DNA of 64,000 nt from Victivallales bacterium (lineage in GTDB: Bacteria > Verrucomicrobiota > Lentisphaeria > Victivallales > UBA1829): NCBI GenBank assembly GCA_045592785.1, contig JAZNVL010000048.1, positions 2,317 through 66,316 on the forward strand. Direction: 5' to 3'. Below, piece after piece: positions 9,862 through 19,034 of the stretch (positions within the stretch are counted from its first letter, which is position 1; each line of letters opens with the position of its first letter). The notes beneath the pieces are model-generated. The model made no database searches and was not told the origin of the DNA. It saw only the letters and a program-made list of their open reading frames with translations. The position numbers and the translations under genes were made by a program.

Positions 9862-12180
9862 TCAGCAGTATTGCTCCATGAGTTCCGCCACCCGCGCGAT
9901 CGTTTGCGGGAGTTGTTTGTACGCGGCATCAAAATCGGGCGCAAATTCCTTCAACGGAGTCGCGAAGAAGTGATCCGACGGCGCATTGACTTCCTTTTCA
10001 TCGAAAACAAAGGTCTCATCTGCCCGGTTACCCGCGTTGATCTCTTTGGTGATCCGGTCTTTCAGGATCCGGAATTCCGGGAAATAACATGCGGGGAAGA
10101 GTTCGGCGATCATGGTCCGGCAATAGCCATTGTTGGCATTGCCCTTGAGCGTGTGTTCAAATGCCGGGTTGGTCTCCTGTTTCCGCTGAAGATCCAGCAG
10201 GGATTCCCAGAGCGAGAAGTCCTTGTGCGCGGAAACGACGGCATGGAGCAGATGTACCACCTCAAAGAGTGCATCCAGACGACGGAGGATCTCTGTTCCG
10301 TTGTCATCGGTATTCTTCCGCCACTGTTCCATGCGGAGCGCAATATCGCACGCCAGGAAATTACCCAGACGGACCGTTGCCGTTCTTGCCAGGTCGATGG
10401 CATCCCGTTTGAGGAAATCATCGGCATCATTCCAGTTGAGCGAAGCCAGGATGCGCATGGATTCGGGCGCGGAATGAAGTCCATTGATCCAACGGTCATA
10501 CATCTGTTTGGCTTTGGAGAGTGTTCTGGCATCAAATGCACGCATCAGCGGGACACCGGAAGTCAGCGGTTTGTAGACGAAATCGGGGTAACAATCGGAA
10601 TGGCGGCAATTTTCCCAATCCCGGAACCAGGTGGTCCCCCAGGATCCTTCGCGGATCAGCGGGAGCATGGTCTGCCAGGCGGCGGAAATGGTTTCGCGCT
10701 GCATGCGGTATCTTTTTCTGCAGAACTGTTTGAGGAAGTCTTTGATGGCAATGTGTTCCGGACGCCATGAATTGGCGGCATGATATTCCAGCATCAGGGT
10801 ATCGGCATGGGATTGTTCGGGCCACATGATCATTCCGATACACAGCGGATCTTTTACTGCTTCGGCAAGTCTCTGCTCAATGACGGGGTAATTCCCCCTG
10901 ACTTCATTGGAGGCTTCCAATGCCTGAAAGATCCCGAAGATCCAGCGGAAATTGTGATCGGTGAGCCATTTGGTGAAGTTGTTTTCACTGGCAGTATCGG
11001 ACGTGTAATCGAGGAGGATCGTGTTCGCCGGATTCAGCGTACGGAGGAGTTCCGGGACTTCTTCGGAATCCCAGAAGCACTGGAAATCCCAGGATGCCAG
11101 GAGGAGCGGGGCATTGGGGTATTCCTTATGGACCCGGTTTTCGATCCGGCGATAGGCATAGAGTTTCAGTTCCTGATTCCGTTTCCGGTCTGGATAGCAG
11201 ACGCGTTCCGCCAGCCCGATGGTGTGGAAGAGTTCCGGGGAACCGTATTCTTTGATATGGGTCTGGGTCAGTTTGAAATAATTGTCCATATTTTTATCCT
11301 GACAGATATCCCATACCAGCCCGGTCTGTTCCCGGTAGTTTTTGTTTGCCTGGGGAACGAATCCGGGTTTGACGGCATCCAGAAACGCCTGGGGCGTACG
11401 GCTGTACCAGTGTGTCATGGTCCCGCAGTCTTCCGGGTGCATCAGACCGCGTTTTCTGCCGTAGGAAAGGATCTCTTTCCGGAGTTGTCCGCGGTATTCC
11501 AGAGACCAGAAAAGGTTCCGGTCGTCGTAGGAACGGTCGATGGCTTCGGGGATCGGCTCCCACTTTTTGGGGTACGGCACGATATCGGGGAATGTTTTCT
11601 GGAAGATATCGTCGATCCCGATCCGGAGCATGTAAAGATTGAACCGTTTTTTCAGAAGCCAGTCCAGTTCTTTCTTCCAGTCATCCAGATCCCAGTGTTC
11701 CGCCTGGAACCGGGTCAGACTGCGGTGTGCGAAATAACGAAGTCCGCGGTATTGAAAACGGGAGGATTCCGCGCGATCAATGTCTTCCATCGGGAGAGAC
11801 TCCGCCTTCGGAATGATGTCGCCATCCCAGAAATAACTGCATCCCCCGTACGTTTCAAAGTAGTCATAAACGGCATAGAAAAGGGCACGGGTGTTCCCTC
11901 CGACAAGGAACAGGATCCTGCGGTCATTCTCTTTGATGGAGTACAGATGATAATCATCGGTACCGTACCGGATGCGGAACGCGGGGACCTTGGCTTCCAT
12001 GATCATTTTGTGGGTGAACACGTTTTCATCATCGCCGCCGATGACCACAAGATCGCAATCATCTTCGGCTTCGGTGATGAGTGCGGGCGTCACATCCGTG
12101 ATCTGACGGTAAAGGGAGGCGAACACATTGGCAGCTTCCTGACAGTGTTCTCTCCCCGCAGGATATACAATTTTCAGCAT
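9862..12180 (-). CDS. GH89-like alpha-N-acetylglucosaminidase family protein, no signal peptide
   Basis: By-eye similarity to the NAGLU architecture. [31 protein letters not shown] compares with human [51 protein letters not shown] compares with [23 protein letters not shown]. Both human sequences are recalled from memory. The protein is 772 aa. Confidence 0.6.
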   Translation of the reverse strand: [772 protein letters not shown]

Positions 12181-12192
12181 GATAACCTCGTA

Positions 12193-13683
12193 TTATGCTG
12201 TTACTTCCGGTGTGTTGAAAATACTGATCTGATATTGCGTGGATCCGGTCTGCACATATTCGGTCACGTTCATATCCCAGTTGATCTGCCGGATATGATG
12301 ATCCGCCGTGGCAACGTAATTGATCCCTTTGAGCCACTGATAATCCCGTGTCCATGCGGCAAGTGCACCGTGGAGATATTCGTTGATGAAACTGCATCCG
12401 TGATTGATATGCCAGGTGGTCATGAGGTAACCGTAGAGTTTTTCCCGTGCCGCCATTCTTCCCAGAGAAAGACTGCCTTCCGTATGGTTCCAGGGGCATA
12501 CGACAACATCGAATCCGCAATCCCGGAAGTATTTGCTGGTGTTCCAGTCGGAATCGGTCTGCCCTTCTTTCAGCGGCAGACCATATTGCCAGTCACAGAT
12601 GATGACATCCTGCGGAAGTTTTTCCAGAAGGTGGCTTTCTTCATCACTCCAATGAGCGATATACCCTTTGAAATCCCGGTGCGGATCGTTACAGTTGATC
12701 AGCATATCGTGCCACATCATGATCCGGGCACCGCGTTCCGCAAACAGATCACGGAAATATTTGATATGATCCGCAACAACGGCATCCCGGTCAACGTTAC
12801 GGCAGGCTGCGCAGGAGAATGCGTTGTATGCTTCGTCACAGCCCACATGGAAATAAGGGGGACATTCGAAAAATTCATAAAGTTCCGTCACCAGATCTGT
12901 GAGCAGCGGGCGGAGATTGGGGTTGGTCAGACACCACGCCCATCCATCCGGCTCGAAATAAGACTGGTATTCCGGGTGCAGATCCAGGATAGCATGTTTT
13001 GCGGAGTAAACACGCGACCAGGATGCGTGCCCGTAGAGATTGATCTGGGGGATCATGAGCAGTCCCAGTTCTTTTGCCAGAGAGAGCAGACGTTTGAATT
13101 CCGCCTTGGGAACTTTCTTTTCCGCCCAGCAGAAATCGGGGTGACTGTCATAAGGGAATACGCCCCAGGGTTCCAGTACGATGGCGTTGTATTTGTAATA
13201 AGCCGCCATACGGATCTGACGTTCGATCTCGAAGGCAGGCGTTTCCGGGAACCAGCAGATGTGTGCGCCGCGGAACGGGACCGCGGGTGCATCGTCGATC
13301 TCACAGGCGATGAGAACGTATTCCGTGAAAATGGCAACGCCCCGTTCCGTTTCCGCCAGCTGACGGATCGTTTTCAAAGCATTGCGGACTCCGGCGATGT
13401 CACCGGCTTCGATCCGGCACACGGTTTCCGAAACATGTAAACGGTATCCTTCCGCCGCGATTTCCGCCCCGCCGTTCTCCCGTTGGAGATTTGCCTCCAT
13501 GCGGAAATATTGCCGGAAGTCCTTCTGAAATACATTTTCTGCTGATTCCAACGATTCGGGAATTACCAGCTGAATGGTGCATCCGTTTTTGATGTGGAAG
13601 AATTCTCCGTCCCGCAATTCGACTTTGTTGGGAAGCGGAACCAAACGTTGTTTCAAAAGGTTATTGGACCGTTCAGTAATCAT
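12193..13683 (-). CDS. GH20-family beta-N-acetylhexosaminidase-like protein, no signal peptide
   Basis: GH20b-like N-domain (LVPLPNKVELRDGEF) and a TIM-barrel with a D-E pair in FHVGCDEAY. The start is moved to the ATG at 13683, which has AAGGAG 6 nt upstream; the TTG at 13689 abuts the SD. Confidence 0.75.
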   Translation of the reverse strand: MITERSNNLLKQRLVPLPNKVELRDGEFFHIKNGCTIQLVIPESLESAENVFQKDFRQYFRMEANLQRENGGAEIAAEGYRLHVSETVCRIEAGDIAGVRNALKTIRQLAETERGVAIFTEYVLIACEIDDAPAVPFRGAHICWFPETPAFEIERQIRMAAYYKYNAIVLEPWGVFPYDSHPDFCWAEKKVPKAEFKRLLSLAKELGLLMIPQINLYGHASWSRVYSAKHAILDLHPEYQSYFEPDGWAWCLTNPNLRPLLTDLVTELYEFFECPPYFHVGCDEAYNAFSCAACRNVDRDAVVADHIKYFRDLFAERGARIMMWHDMLINCNDPHRDFKGYIAHWSDEESHLLEKLPQDVIICDWQYGLPLKEGQTDSDWNTSKYFRDCGFDVVVCPWNHTEGSLSLGRMAAREKLYGYLMTTWHINHGCSFINEYLHGALAAWTRDYQWLKGINYVATADHHIRQINWDMNVTEYVQTGSTQYQISIFNTPEVTA

Positions 13684-13718
13684 TTTCAACTCCTTGTGTT
13701 GTGAAATTTGTTGAAAAT

Positions 13719-13747
13719 AATATAGCGTCGGGAAAAGTGATATGCAA
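13719..13747 (-). promoter_or_regulatory. Predicted sigma70-type promoter of the GH20/GH89-like operon
   Basis: On the minus strand: TTGCAT-N17-TATATT. Confidence 0.45.
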
Positions 13748-13786
13748 TCATAAAAACGATTATTTTTTTATGAATACCGATTATTT

Positions 13787-14812
13787 TCAGCCGATCTGCG
13801 CGGTGGAGTCGCGGACGATCAGTTTCCGTTTCACACGGTAGATCTTCCGGGGGGAATCCGGTTGTTCCATACGGGTCAGCAAAGCTGTGACCAGACGTTC
13901 CGCCAGCGGGTCGTCGGGGTTTTCGCCGAATGTGGTGAGACTGGGGATCAGGGCATTGGTGATGGGCGTATTGTCACATCCGGTGATACTCAGATCCCGC
14001 GGCAGGACATAACCCCGGCTGGTGATCTCGTGCATGAAATATGCAGCCTGGGTATCGGTATTGAATACGAACGCGCTGGGCCGTTCTTTGAAGGATTCGA
14101 ATTTGTCCGCTGCATATTTTGCGAATTCCTGCAACGATTCCCGGTGTATCGTGTCGGTTTTCGGCAGCATTGGGAAGATCCATTCCGTGGAAAGCCCCCG
14201 CGATGCCAGTTCCCCCGCAAAACGGGCGGTCAAATGCTCAAAATATTCCCCGTGTAAGACCGGGAACGAGTAGGCGATCCGACGGTGTCCCAAATCGTAC
14301 AAATGCTGGATGACCTGGGTGAAAATATCTTCCCCGTCGAAGCAGACCAGATCAAATCTGGGGTCTTTCGTGATGAGTGAGACCACGGGACAGGTGATGT
14401 TATCCGGGATCAGGCGCGGTTCCACGGTGATGATCCCCGAAGGACAGCGGCACAGAATACTTTCCGTCGCCTGTTTCTGATAATTTTCATTCTGCCAGAA
14501 TGCAAAAGATGCCAGATAGCCATACCGCTCCAGGATCGGACCCAGTGCCCCGACCAGATGACTGTAAATGTTGTTCATCGGCGCAGGAAGCAGGATCCCG
14601 ATGGAGGAACTGCGCCCGCTGCGCAATTCATGTGCCGCCAGATTTCTGCGGTAACCCAATCGCTTCGCAGCTTCGATGATCTTCGCCGCAGTGGCATCGC
14701 CGATCCGCCGTTCCTTGCTTTTGCCGCTGAGAACAGCCGAGACCGCAGTCTGGCTGACGCCTGCCGCCTGTGCGATGTCTTTCGTTGTGATCATTTTATT
14801 GTCGTTTGCCAT
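13787..14812 (-). CDS. LacI-family transcriptional regulator
   Basis: N-terminal HTH (TTKDIAQAAGVSQTAVSAVLSG...AAKIIEAAKRLGYRRNLAAHELRSG) followed by a periplasmic-binding-protein-like sugar-binding domain. Confidence 0.9.
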   Translation of the reverse strand: MANDNKMITTKDIAQAAGVSQTAVSAVLSGKSKERRIGDATAAKIIEAAKRLGYRRNLAAHELRSGRSSSIGILLPAPMNNIYSHLVGALGPILERYGYLASFAFWQNENYQKQATESILCRCPSGIITVEPRLIPDNITCPVVSLITKDPRFDLVCFDGEDIFTQVIQHLYDLGHRRIAYSFPVLHGEYFEHLTARFAGELASRGLSTEWIFPMLPKTDTIHRESLQEFAKYAADKFESFKERPSAFVFNTDTQAAYFMHEITSRGYVLPRDLSITGCDNTPITNALIPSLTTFGENPDDPLAERLVTALLTRMEQPDSPRKIYRVKRKLIVRDSTAQIG

Positions 14813-14858
14813 GTTTTTTTCCTTTGTCCAAAAAAAAAGAGCGCGGGTCTGTACTCAT

Positions 14859-14886
14859 ATTATAACCGTTTCCCGCAAAAATGCAA
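14859..14886 (-). promoter_or_regulatory. Predicted promoter of the LacI-family gene
   Basis: On the minus strand: TTGCAT-N16-TATAAT. The -35 region carries a TGCATTTT half-site (plus-strand AAAATGCA at 14878-14885). Confidence 0.4.
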
Positions 14887-14926
14887 TCAAAAACAAGAAA
14901 AAAATCGAAAAAAAGTTGTATTTTAC

Positions 14927-14955
14927 TTGCATTTCAAAATGCACTGTGTTATATT
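14927..14955 (+). promoter_or_regulatory. Predicted promoter of the CBM-like/DUF4838 operon
   Basis: TTGCAT (14927-32)-N17-TATATT (14950-55). Confidence 0.5.
14928..14943. promoter_or_regulatory. 16-bp near-palindrome, candidate repressor operator
   Basis: TGCATTTC|AAAATGCA, with 7 of 8 positions symmetric. It overlaps the -35 box and spacer of the operon divergent from the LacI gene. Confidence 0.4.
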
Positions 14956-14991
14956 GCTGTAACGATTGAGCTATAACGAAAGGTTTTGCCT

Positions 14992-15984
14992 ATGAAGTTC
15001 ACACTTTCTCTCTGCATGGCTGTGACGTTCCCGTTACTTGCTGTGGAACCCGTTATGTCGGAAAATTTTAACACCACGGAGAAAATGCCTCCCGCTGTTC
15101 AGGGAATGAATAAACATGCCTCCCTGCAGCCTGAAAAAATCGGGTCCGGTGCCCGGTTGCTGGAAATGAAACCCGGAGCTTCCGTGCAGTTCAAACGCGT
15201 ACCGGTACAGCAGGGTGTGAAATACCGTTTGACTTTCAACGCCCGTTCGGCAGGACCGGACTCATTGGAAGAAAATCCCCAGCTTGCCGAAGCCTTTTAC
15301 GATGCAAACCGCAGTGTCAAGGGACTTGTTTTGCCGAAATGGAACCTGACATTTTTCGACAGTGAAGGGAAACGCTGTGACCGTTCCATTCTGTTTCCGT
15401 ATTTCCATGTGATATTATCCAGCGCGGAACAGGTTTGTTCGGAAGTGTTTTACCCTCCGCTGAATGCGGCTTTTGTTCAACTTTCCCTGCAGAATCTTTC
15501 TCCGGATAACATCGCGTATATCGATGATGTCAGGATCGCCCCTTTTACCGAGAGTGCCGTGAACATCAACCCCGATTTCAAACTGGGTAAGTACGATCAC
15601 TCCGGATATTCCCAGGCAGGGTACGGCATTGATATCTGCATGGAGAAACATCCATCCGGCAACGGACAATGTCTGGCGGTGAATACCTGGTGCAGCATCG
15701 ATCCGTTCCCCGTGACGGGGGGGAAGAATTATGTGTTGGATGCCCGTCTGGTCCCTGATCCGAAACAGGGTGCACGGATCGTGGTCGCTTTTTCCGACAG
15801 GAACGGCAAGTCGATCCCCAACAGCGGCGGCACGCTTCTGGTGAAGAAAGCGGAGGGCGGCGGAAAAACGAATTTCATTGCGCCTCCGGATGCCGCATTC
15901 GTACGTTATCTGATCCATGGCGGCAGGAACGTGAAGTTCGAATACATCCGTTTTTATCCCCAGGATATTGCGATCGAAAAATAA
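14992..15984 (+). CDS. Secreted protein with two jelly-roll/CBM-like domains, function unknown
   Basis: Signal peptide MKFTLSLCMAVTFPLLA. The C-terminal domain is paralogous to the next gene (NINPDFKLGKYDHSGY versus NINPEFKLGAGNVSGY). I prefer the ATG at 14992, which has GAAAGG 9-10 nt upstream, over the TTG at 14986. Confidence 0.6.
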   Translation: MKFTLSLCMAVTFPLLAVEPVMSENFNTTEKMPPAVQGMNKHASLQPEKIGSGARLLEMKPGASVQFKRVPVQQGVKYRLTFNARSAGPDSLEENPQLAEAFYDANRSVKGLVLPKWNLTFFDSEGKRCDRSILFPYFHVILSSAEQVCSEVFYPPLNAAFVQLSLQNLSPDNIAYIDDVRIAPFTESAVNINPDFKLGKYDHSGYSQAGYGIDICMEKHPSGNGQCLAVNTWCSIDPFPVTGGKNYVLDARLVPDPKQGARIVVAFSDRNGKSIPNSGGTLLVKKAEGGGKTNFIAPPDAAFVRYLIHGGRNVKFEYIRFYPQDIAIEK

Positions 15985-15999
15985 AACAGTGAGGTCTTT

Positions 16000-16752
16000 A
16001 TGAAATATACGTTATCTCTGCTCGCTCTCCTTTGCGGTATGTGTCTCACCGCCGCAGATTTTTCTGCTGATGTGACACCTTTCACCCGGATGCGGGTCTC
16101 GTTCTCCGCGTCCGGTAACCCCCAATGGCAGATCCGGTTGACCGATCCCACCGGCAATATTCCCATGGGCGGACTGCTTTCCGCCAGCGGCGAGAACTAT
16201 CTTTCGCCGGAAGGTGCGGGCAGATTCGTGCAGGAGTTTTATGTGCCGGATGGGGTCTGCCGTGTTACCCTGCGGACGGATTCCGCGGTGAACGATGTGG
16301 TGTTTACTCCCGCCCCGGCTTCCGATTATGTGAACATAAACCCCGAATTCAAGCTGGGGGCAGGCAATGTTTCCGGATACCGTCGGATGACACGCGCTGC
16401 GATTCGCAAGGATGAGGCGGGGAATCTTTTTCTGGAAGTCCAGCCATCCCGTTATGCCATGGTGCTGACCGATCCGATCCCGGTCAAGCCGGGGACGAAA
16501 TATCATGTGACGTTGCGCCGTTACGGACCGGGGGTGAAGAATATCAATATCATCCTGCGTTTTCTGGACCGGTACGGCTTGTATTGTTTGAATGAGAGTA
16601 ATTACTGGCAGCATGGATTCACCTTTTACAGCAATTGGAAAAATACATTCCCTGCCTCAAAAACTTTTGTGGCTCCGGAAAATGCGGTGACCCTGGAATG
16701 TCTGGTCGGCGAAGGCAATTTCGCCGGCATTTACATCAAGGAGGTGAAATGA
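16000..16752 (+). CDS. Secreted CBM-like protein, paralogue of the preceding gene
   Basis: Signal peptide MKYTLSLLALLCGMCLTAA. It shares the INPxFKLG...SGY motif and the C-terminal jelly-roll-like pattern. Confidence 0.6.
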   Translation: MKYTLSLLALLCGMCLTAADFSADVTPFTRMRVSFSASGNPQWQIRLTDPTGNIPMGGLLSASGENYLSPEGAGRFVQEFYVPDGVCRVTLRTDSAVNDVVFTPAPASDYVNINPEFKLGAGNVSGYRRMTRAAIRKDEAGNLFLEVQPSRYAMVLTDPIPVKPGTKYHVTLRRYGPGVKNINIILRFLDRYGLYCLNESNYWQHGFTFYSNWKNTFPASKTFVAPENAVTLECLVGEGNFAGIYIKEVK

Positions 16753-19031
16753 TGAAAACATTCTGCTGTATCCTGCTTGCCTGCTGTTCCATCGCATTGT
16801 ATGCCTCGTTCCCGGTTGCGGAACAGGGAAAGGCGAAAACCGTGATCGTTGTCCCGGAAGTCATGTCCGAAGAGATCCGGTTCGCCGCCAACGAACTGCG
16901 CCATTGGCTGGAAGCTGTCACCGGCGCACAGATCCCGGTGTATCACAATGTCCCTGCCGGAGATCCTTACCGTATCATGCTGGGTAAAACCTTCTATTCC
17001 AATGACGACGATTTCAAATTCATTGGGGATTCCGACGGCTGTGTGGTACACCGGAACGGAAAAGAACTGTATCTTTCCGCACCCCGGGACGGCGGCGTGA
17101 TCAATGCCGTTTTCCTGCTGCTGGAAAAGAATACGGACCTGATCTTTCCCCGTCCGACGGTCACGGGAGATGCCATCTTTACGCCCAATCCTTCGCTGGA
17201 ATTGCGGGAGACTTCCTTCCGTGCGCGTCCTTCCTGGAATTACCGCGTGTTCGGTCTGGTGGGACAACATTATCATCCTCTGACCAGTCTCTGGGCGCGC
17301 CGGAACTTCTCCAATTACCGGGGCATGTTTTACCAGAAATATCATATTCTGAACTCGTTGAACCTGTATTTTTCTGCGAATCTCACCTATGAGTTCGGTG
17401 GACTGCTCCCCAGCAAAAAGTATTTCGAGTCCAAACCGCAGTTCTACGCCTGGCAGGAAGGCAAACGCAAGCCATACGAACATTACGGTCCCCAGTTGTG
17501 CTACACAAACAAAGAGGGCAGGGAGACACTGATCAAAGAACTCTTTGCCCGTCTGGAACAGGATCTCACTCCACAGATCAGCAAAGTCCATTTCGGGTTC
17601 GGCGATACCTGGAGCCTCTGTAATTGCGAAGATTGCCGGAAGCCCATCGCGCTCCCCGACGGAACCAGTCTGACGGACCGTGACGAAGCCTTCCGGTCCA
17701 CGCAGTATTTCCTGTATCTGAATGAGATCGTGGATGCCATGGTGAAAAAATATCCGCATCTGGAAGCAGAGACCCTGGGCTACATCTATGCCGCTGTCCC
17801 GCCCAAGATCAAACCACACGAAAAGTTGACCGTGATCTATTGTCCGTACCCCAAAGACGATAAAGTCCCGGTGGATGATCCCCGGAATAAAAAATGGGGT
17901 GTCCGCTCCCGGGAATGGGCGGCATGCGGCGCACGGATGGGCATTTACGAATACTGGGGCGATGCCAGTTCATTCCCCCGTGCGGTCTCCGATGCCGCAT
18001 CTGTCAACCTCAAACTCTGGAACTCCCTCGGATTCCATCATTACATCACCACGGAAACGTATGCGGATATCCGCTGCACGCCGGTGGAGAAAGATACCTG
18101 CGGCGGCGCGTGGGATGTCTCCGCCGTGGAATACTGGACCCTTGCCCGTCTGATGTGGGATTCCTCGCTGGATCCGCAAGCATTGCGCAGGGAATATTTC
18201 CGGCGTACCTATGGTCCCGCAGCCGGGCTCATCGAAGAATATTATGCCGCCATCCATCAGCAATGGCATAAGAGCAAAGTCATTTCCATGTATAACGATT
18301 CCCCGGTGGCGGGTGCACAGCGGTATATCCGTCAGCCCGGACTGGAAAATGTGTTGCGTGAGAAGTTGGTCGCGGCGGAAAAACAGGCTGTCAATCCGGT
18401 GGCAAAAGATCTGATCCGGAAACATCTGGTCCGGTACGATTATATGATGAAAGCCGCCGCCGTCAACAATCCCGGATCCCTTTCCATTCCGCTGGTCACG
18501 GATCAGGATTGGAGCAAAGCGGTAACACTGCCCGAATTCCGTGTCGCCGGGACCCGTGCCGTGAAACCGGAGTACAAAACACAGGTCAAAGTCATGCACG
18601 ACCGGAACAATCTCTATTTGCGTTTCATCTGTTCCGAACCCGATATCCAACGGCTGAAAGATCAGAAACAGCCCATCCCCGGACGTTATCCCGCCGGTGA
18701 CAAAGCGGAACTCTTCCTCCGTTCGGCGGATGGAAAGACGTATTATCATTTCGCCGTCACGCCGCAGGGCACTCCCTACGATGGCAAAGCGTATGATTTC
18801 CGCTGGAATACCACCTGGCAATCTTCCGCAAAAATGGAAAAAGATGTCTGGTCATGCGATATGATCATCCCGCTGGATAAACTCGGATACCGGATCACCG
18901 TCGATAACAAACTCCGTTTGTTCCCCATGCGGACCGTTGTTCTGCCCGATAAAACCGAACGCAGTTCCGGACACGGGAAACGGGCACATTCCGCACAGAA
19001 TACTTTCCCCGAATATCTGCTTGCAGAATAA
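16749..19031 (+). CDS. Secreted DUF4838-like protein with a C-terminal CBM9-like domain
   Basis: The real start is MMKTFCCILLACCSIALYA at 16749, giving an ATGA overlap with the upstream stop. The N-terminus has the typical GKAKTVIVVPE...AANELRHWLEAVTGAQIPV pattern. The C-terminal DWSKAVTLPEFRV...VKVMHDRNNLYLRFICSEPD resembles CBM9. Confidence 0.65.
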   Translation: MMKTFCCILLACCSIALYASFPVAEQGKAKTVIVVPEVMSEEIRFAANELRHWLEAVTGAQIPVYHNVPAGDPYRIMLGKTFYSNDDDFKFIGDSDGCVVHRNGKELYLSAPRDGGVINAVFLLLEKNTDLIFPRPTVTGDAIFTPNPSLELRETSFRARPSWNYRVFGLVGQHYHPLTSLWARRNFSNYRGMFYQKYHILNSLNLYFSANLTYEFGGLLPSKKYFESKPQFYAWQEGKRKPYEHYGPQLCYTNKEGRETLIKELFARLEQDLTPQISKVHFGFGDTWSLCNCEDCRKPIALPDGTSLTDRDEAFRSTQYFLYLNEIVDAMVKKYPHLEAETLGYIYAAVPPKIKPHEKLTVIYCPYPKDDKVPVDDPRNKKWGVRSREWAACGARMGIYEYWGDASSFPRAVSDAASVNLKLWNSLGFHHYITTETYADIRCTPVEKDTCGGAWDVSAVEYWTLARLMWDSSLDPQALRREYFRRTYGPAAGLIEEYYAAIHQQWHKSKVISMYNDSPVAGAQRYIRQPGLENVLREKLVAAEKQAVNPVAKDLIRKHLVRYDYMMKAAAVNNPGSLSIPLVTDQDWSKAVTLPEFRVAGTRAVKPEYKTQVKVMHDRNNLYLRFICSEPDIQRLKDQKQPIPGRYPAGDKAELFLRSADGKTYYHFAVTPQGTPYDGKAYDFRWNTTWQSSAKMEKDVWSCDMIIPLDKLGYRITVDNKLRLFPMRTVVLPDKTERSSGHGKRAHSAQNTFPEYLLAE

Positions 19032-19034
19032 GAG

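Noticed and set aside
10780-13440. An 886-aa plus-strand ORF spanning two minus-strand glycosidase genes and their intergenic gap.
   Set aside because: It is antisense to two ORFs with recognisable GH89-like and GH20 motifs. Its composition is dominated by G/R/D/F/H/V, as is typical of antisense frames. It has no start context, and it crosses a minus-strand gene boundary.
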